Source: Eledone cirrhosa (lineage: Eukaryota). From it: a DNA stretch of 64,000 nucleotides. The translations under genes and the position numbers were made by a program. Shown piece after piece: positions 63,001 to 64,000 of the stretch (positions are counted from its first letter, which is position 1; each line of letters starts with the position of its first letter). The stretch covers positions 182,218,001 to 182,282,000 of the forward strand of contig OZ024742.1 of assembly GCA_964016885.1 (NCBI GenBank). The letters run 5' to 3'. A model generated the notes under the pieces. That model worked only from the letters and a program-made list of their open reading frames with translations, ran no database searches and had not been told where the DNA came from.

Positions 63001-64000
63001 AGAAAAACATAACTACAGAACTATAGTCCAGAACTATATAACTACAGAACAACAGAACCACACGATTATACTACGGAACTACAGAAATACAGAAAAGCAC
63101 AATCACACAACTATACTACAGAACTAAAGAACTACGGCCCAACACAACCACACTAGTATACTACAGAACTATATAACTACAGAACAACACAGCCACACAG
63201 CTATACTACAGAACTACAGAACAACACAACCACTCAACTATACTACAGAACTACGGAACTACATAAATACCGAACAACACAACCCCACAACTATATTACA
63301 GAATTACAAAACTACATACCAACACAACCACACAACTATACTACAGAAGTACATAACTACAGACCAACACAAACAAACAACTAAACTACAGAACTACATA
63401 ACTACAGAACCACACAACTTTACTACAGAACTACATAACTACAGAACTACACAACCACTCAACAATACTACAGAACTACAGTCCAACACTACCACACAAC
63501 TATACTAGAGAACTACAGAACTACAGAACTATACTACAGAACTACATAATTACAGAACTACACAACCACACAACTATACTATAGAAATATATAACTACAG
63601 AAAAATATAATCACACAACTATACTACAGAACTACACATCTACAGAACAACACAACCAAACAACTATACTTCAGAAATATATAACTACAGAACAACAGAA
63701 CCACACGAGTCTACTACGGAACTACAGAAATACAGAAAAGCACAACCGCACAACTATATTACAGAACCACATAACTACAGCCCAACACAACCACACAAAT
63801 ATACTACAGAACTACAGAACAACACAACCACACAACTAAACTACAGAACTACAAGAAAACAGAACAACACAACTATACTACAGACCTACATAAATACAGC
63901 CCAACACAACCACACAACTATAATACACAACTACAGAACTACAGAACAACACAACCACACAACTATACTACAGTACGATATAACAACAGACGAACACAAC
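60006..64000 (+). repeat. 45-bp satellite DNA array, block 4
   Basis: Forward monomers continue to the window end. Includes a 270-bp tandem duplication (ACTAAAGTCCAACACTACCA at 61481 and 61751). Confidence 0.96.

Noticed and set aside
1-64000. CRISPR-like array (constant ACAACTATACTACAGAAC with variable intervening sequence) next to a reverse transcriptase
   Set aside because: The intervening parts are variants of one sequence, not unique spacers. No cas genes are present, and the reverse transcriptase is a eukaryotic APE-type LINE.
1-64000. Canonical telomeric repeat or G-quadruplex array
   Set aside because: There is no short exact telomere unit (TTAGGG/TTAGG), and G runs on the minus strand are too short and sparse for canonical G4.

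Overview
This looks like eukaryotic heterochromatin-type sequence. About 94% of the window is one tandem satellite with a 45-bp consensus monomer (ACTAT ACTACAGA ACTATATA ACTACAGA ACAACACA ACCACACA). The monomer is built from 8-bp subunits and its + strand is almost G-free. The array carries nested duplications from 90 bp to 8.4 kb. Three things interrupt it. (1) A 3.4-kb 5'-truncated, decayed CR1-clade LINE lies at 18579-21996 (+); its ORF1 ends in an in-phase G_GGA_AAC slippery site leading into an AUG-less ORF2 start. (2) A 0.5-kb minus-strand insert at 56691-57211 joins the same LINE's 3' end to an unrelated 123-nt, two-hairpin segment. (3) A 180-bp inversion of the satellite lies at 59826-60005. 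There are no intact host genes, and the satellite ORFs in the track are artefacts of the 45-bp period. All alignments and folds were done by eye. The frameshift and chimera interpretations are hypotheses, and their novelty cannot be judged without database searches.
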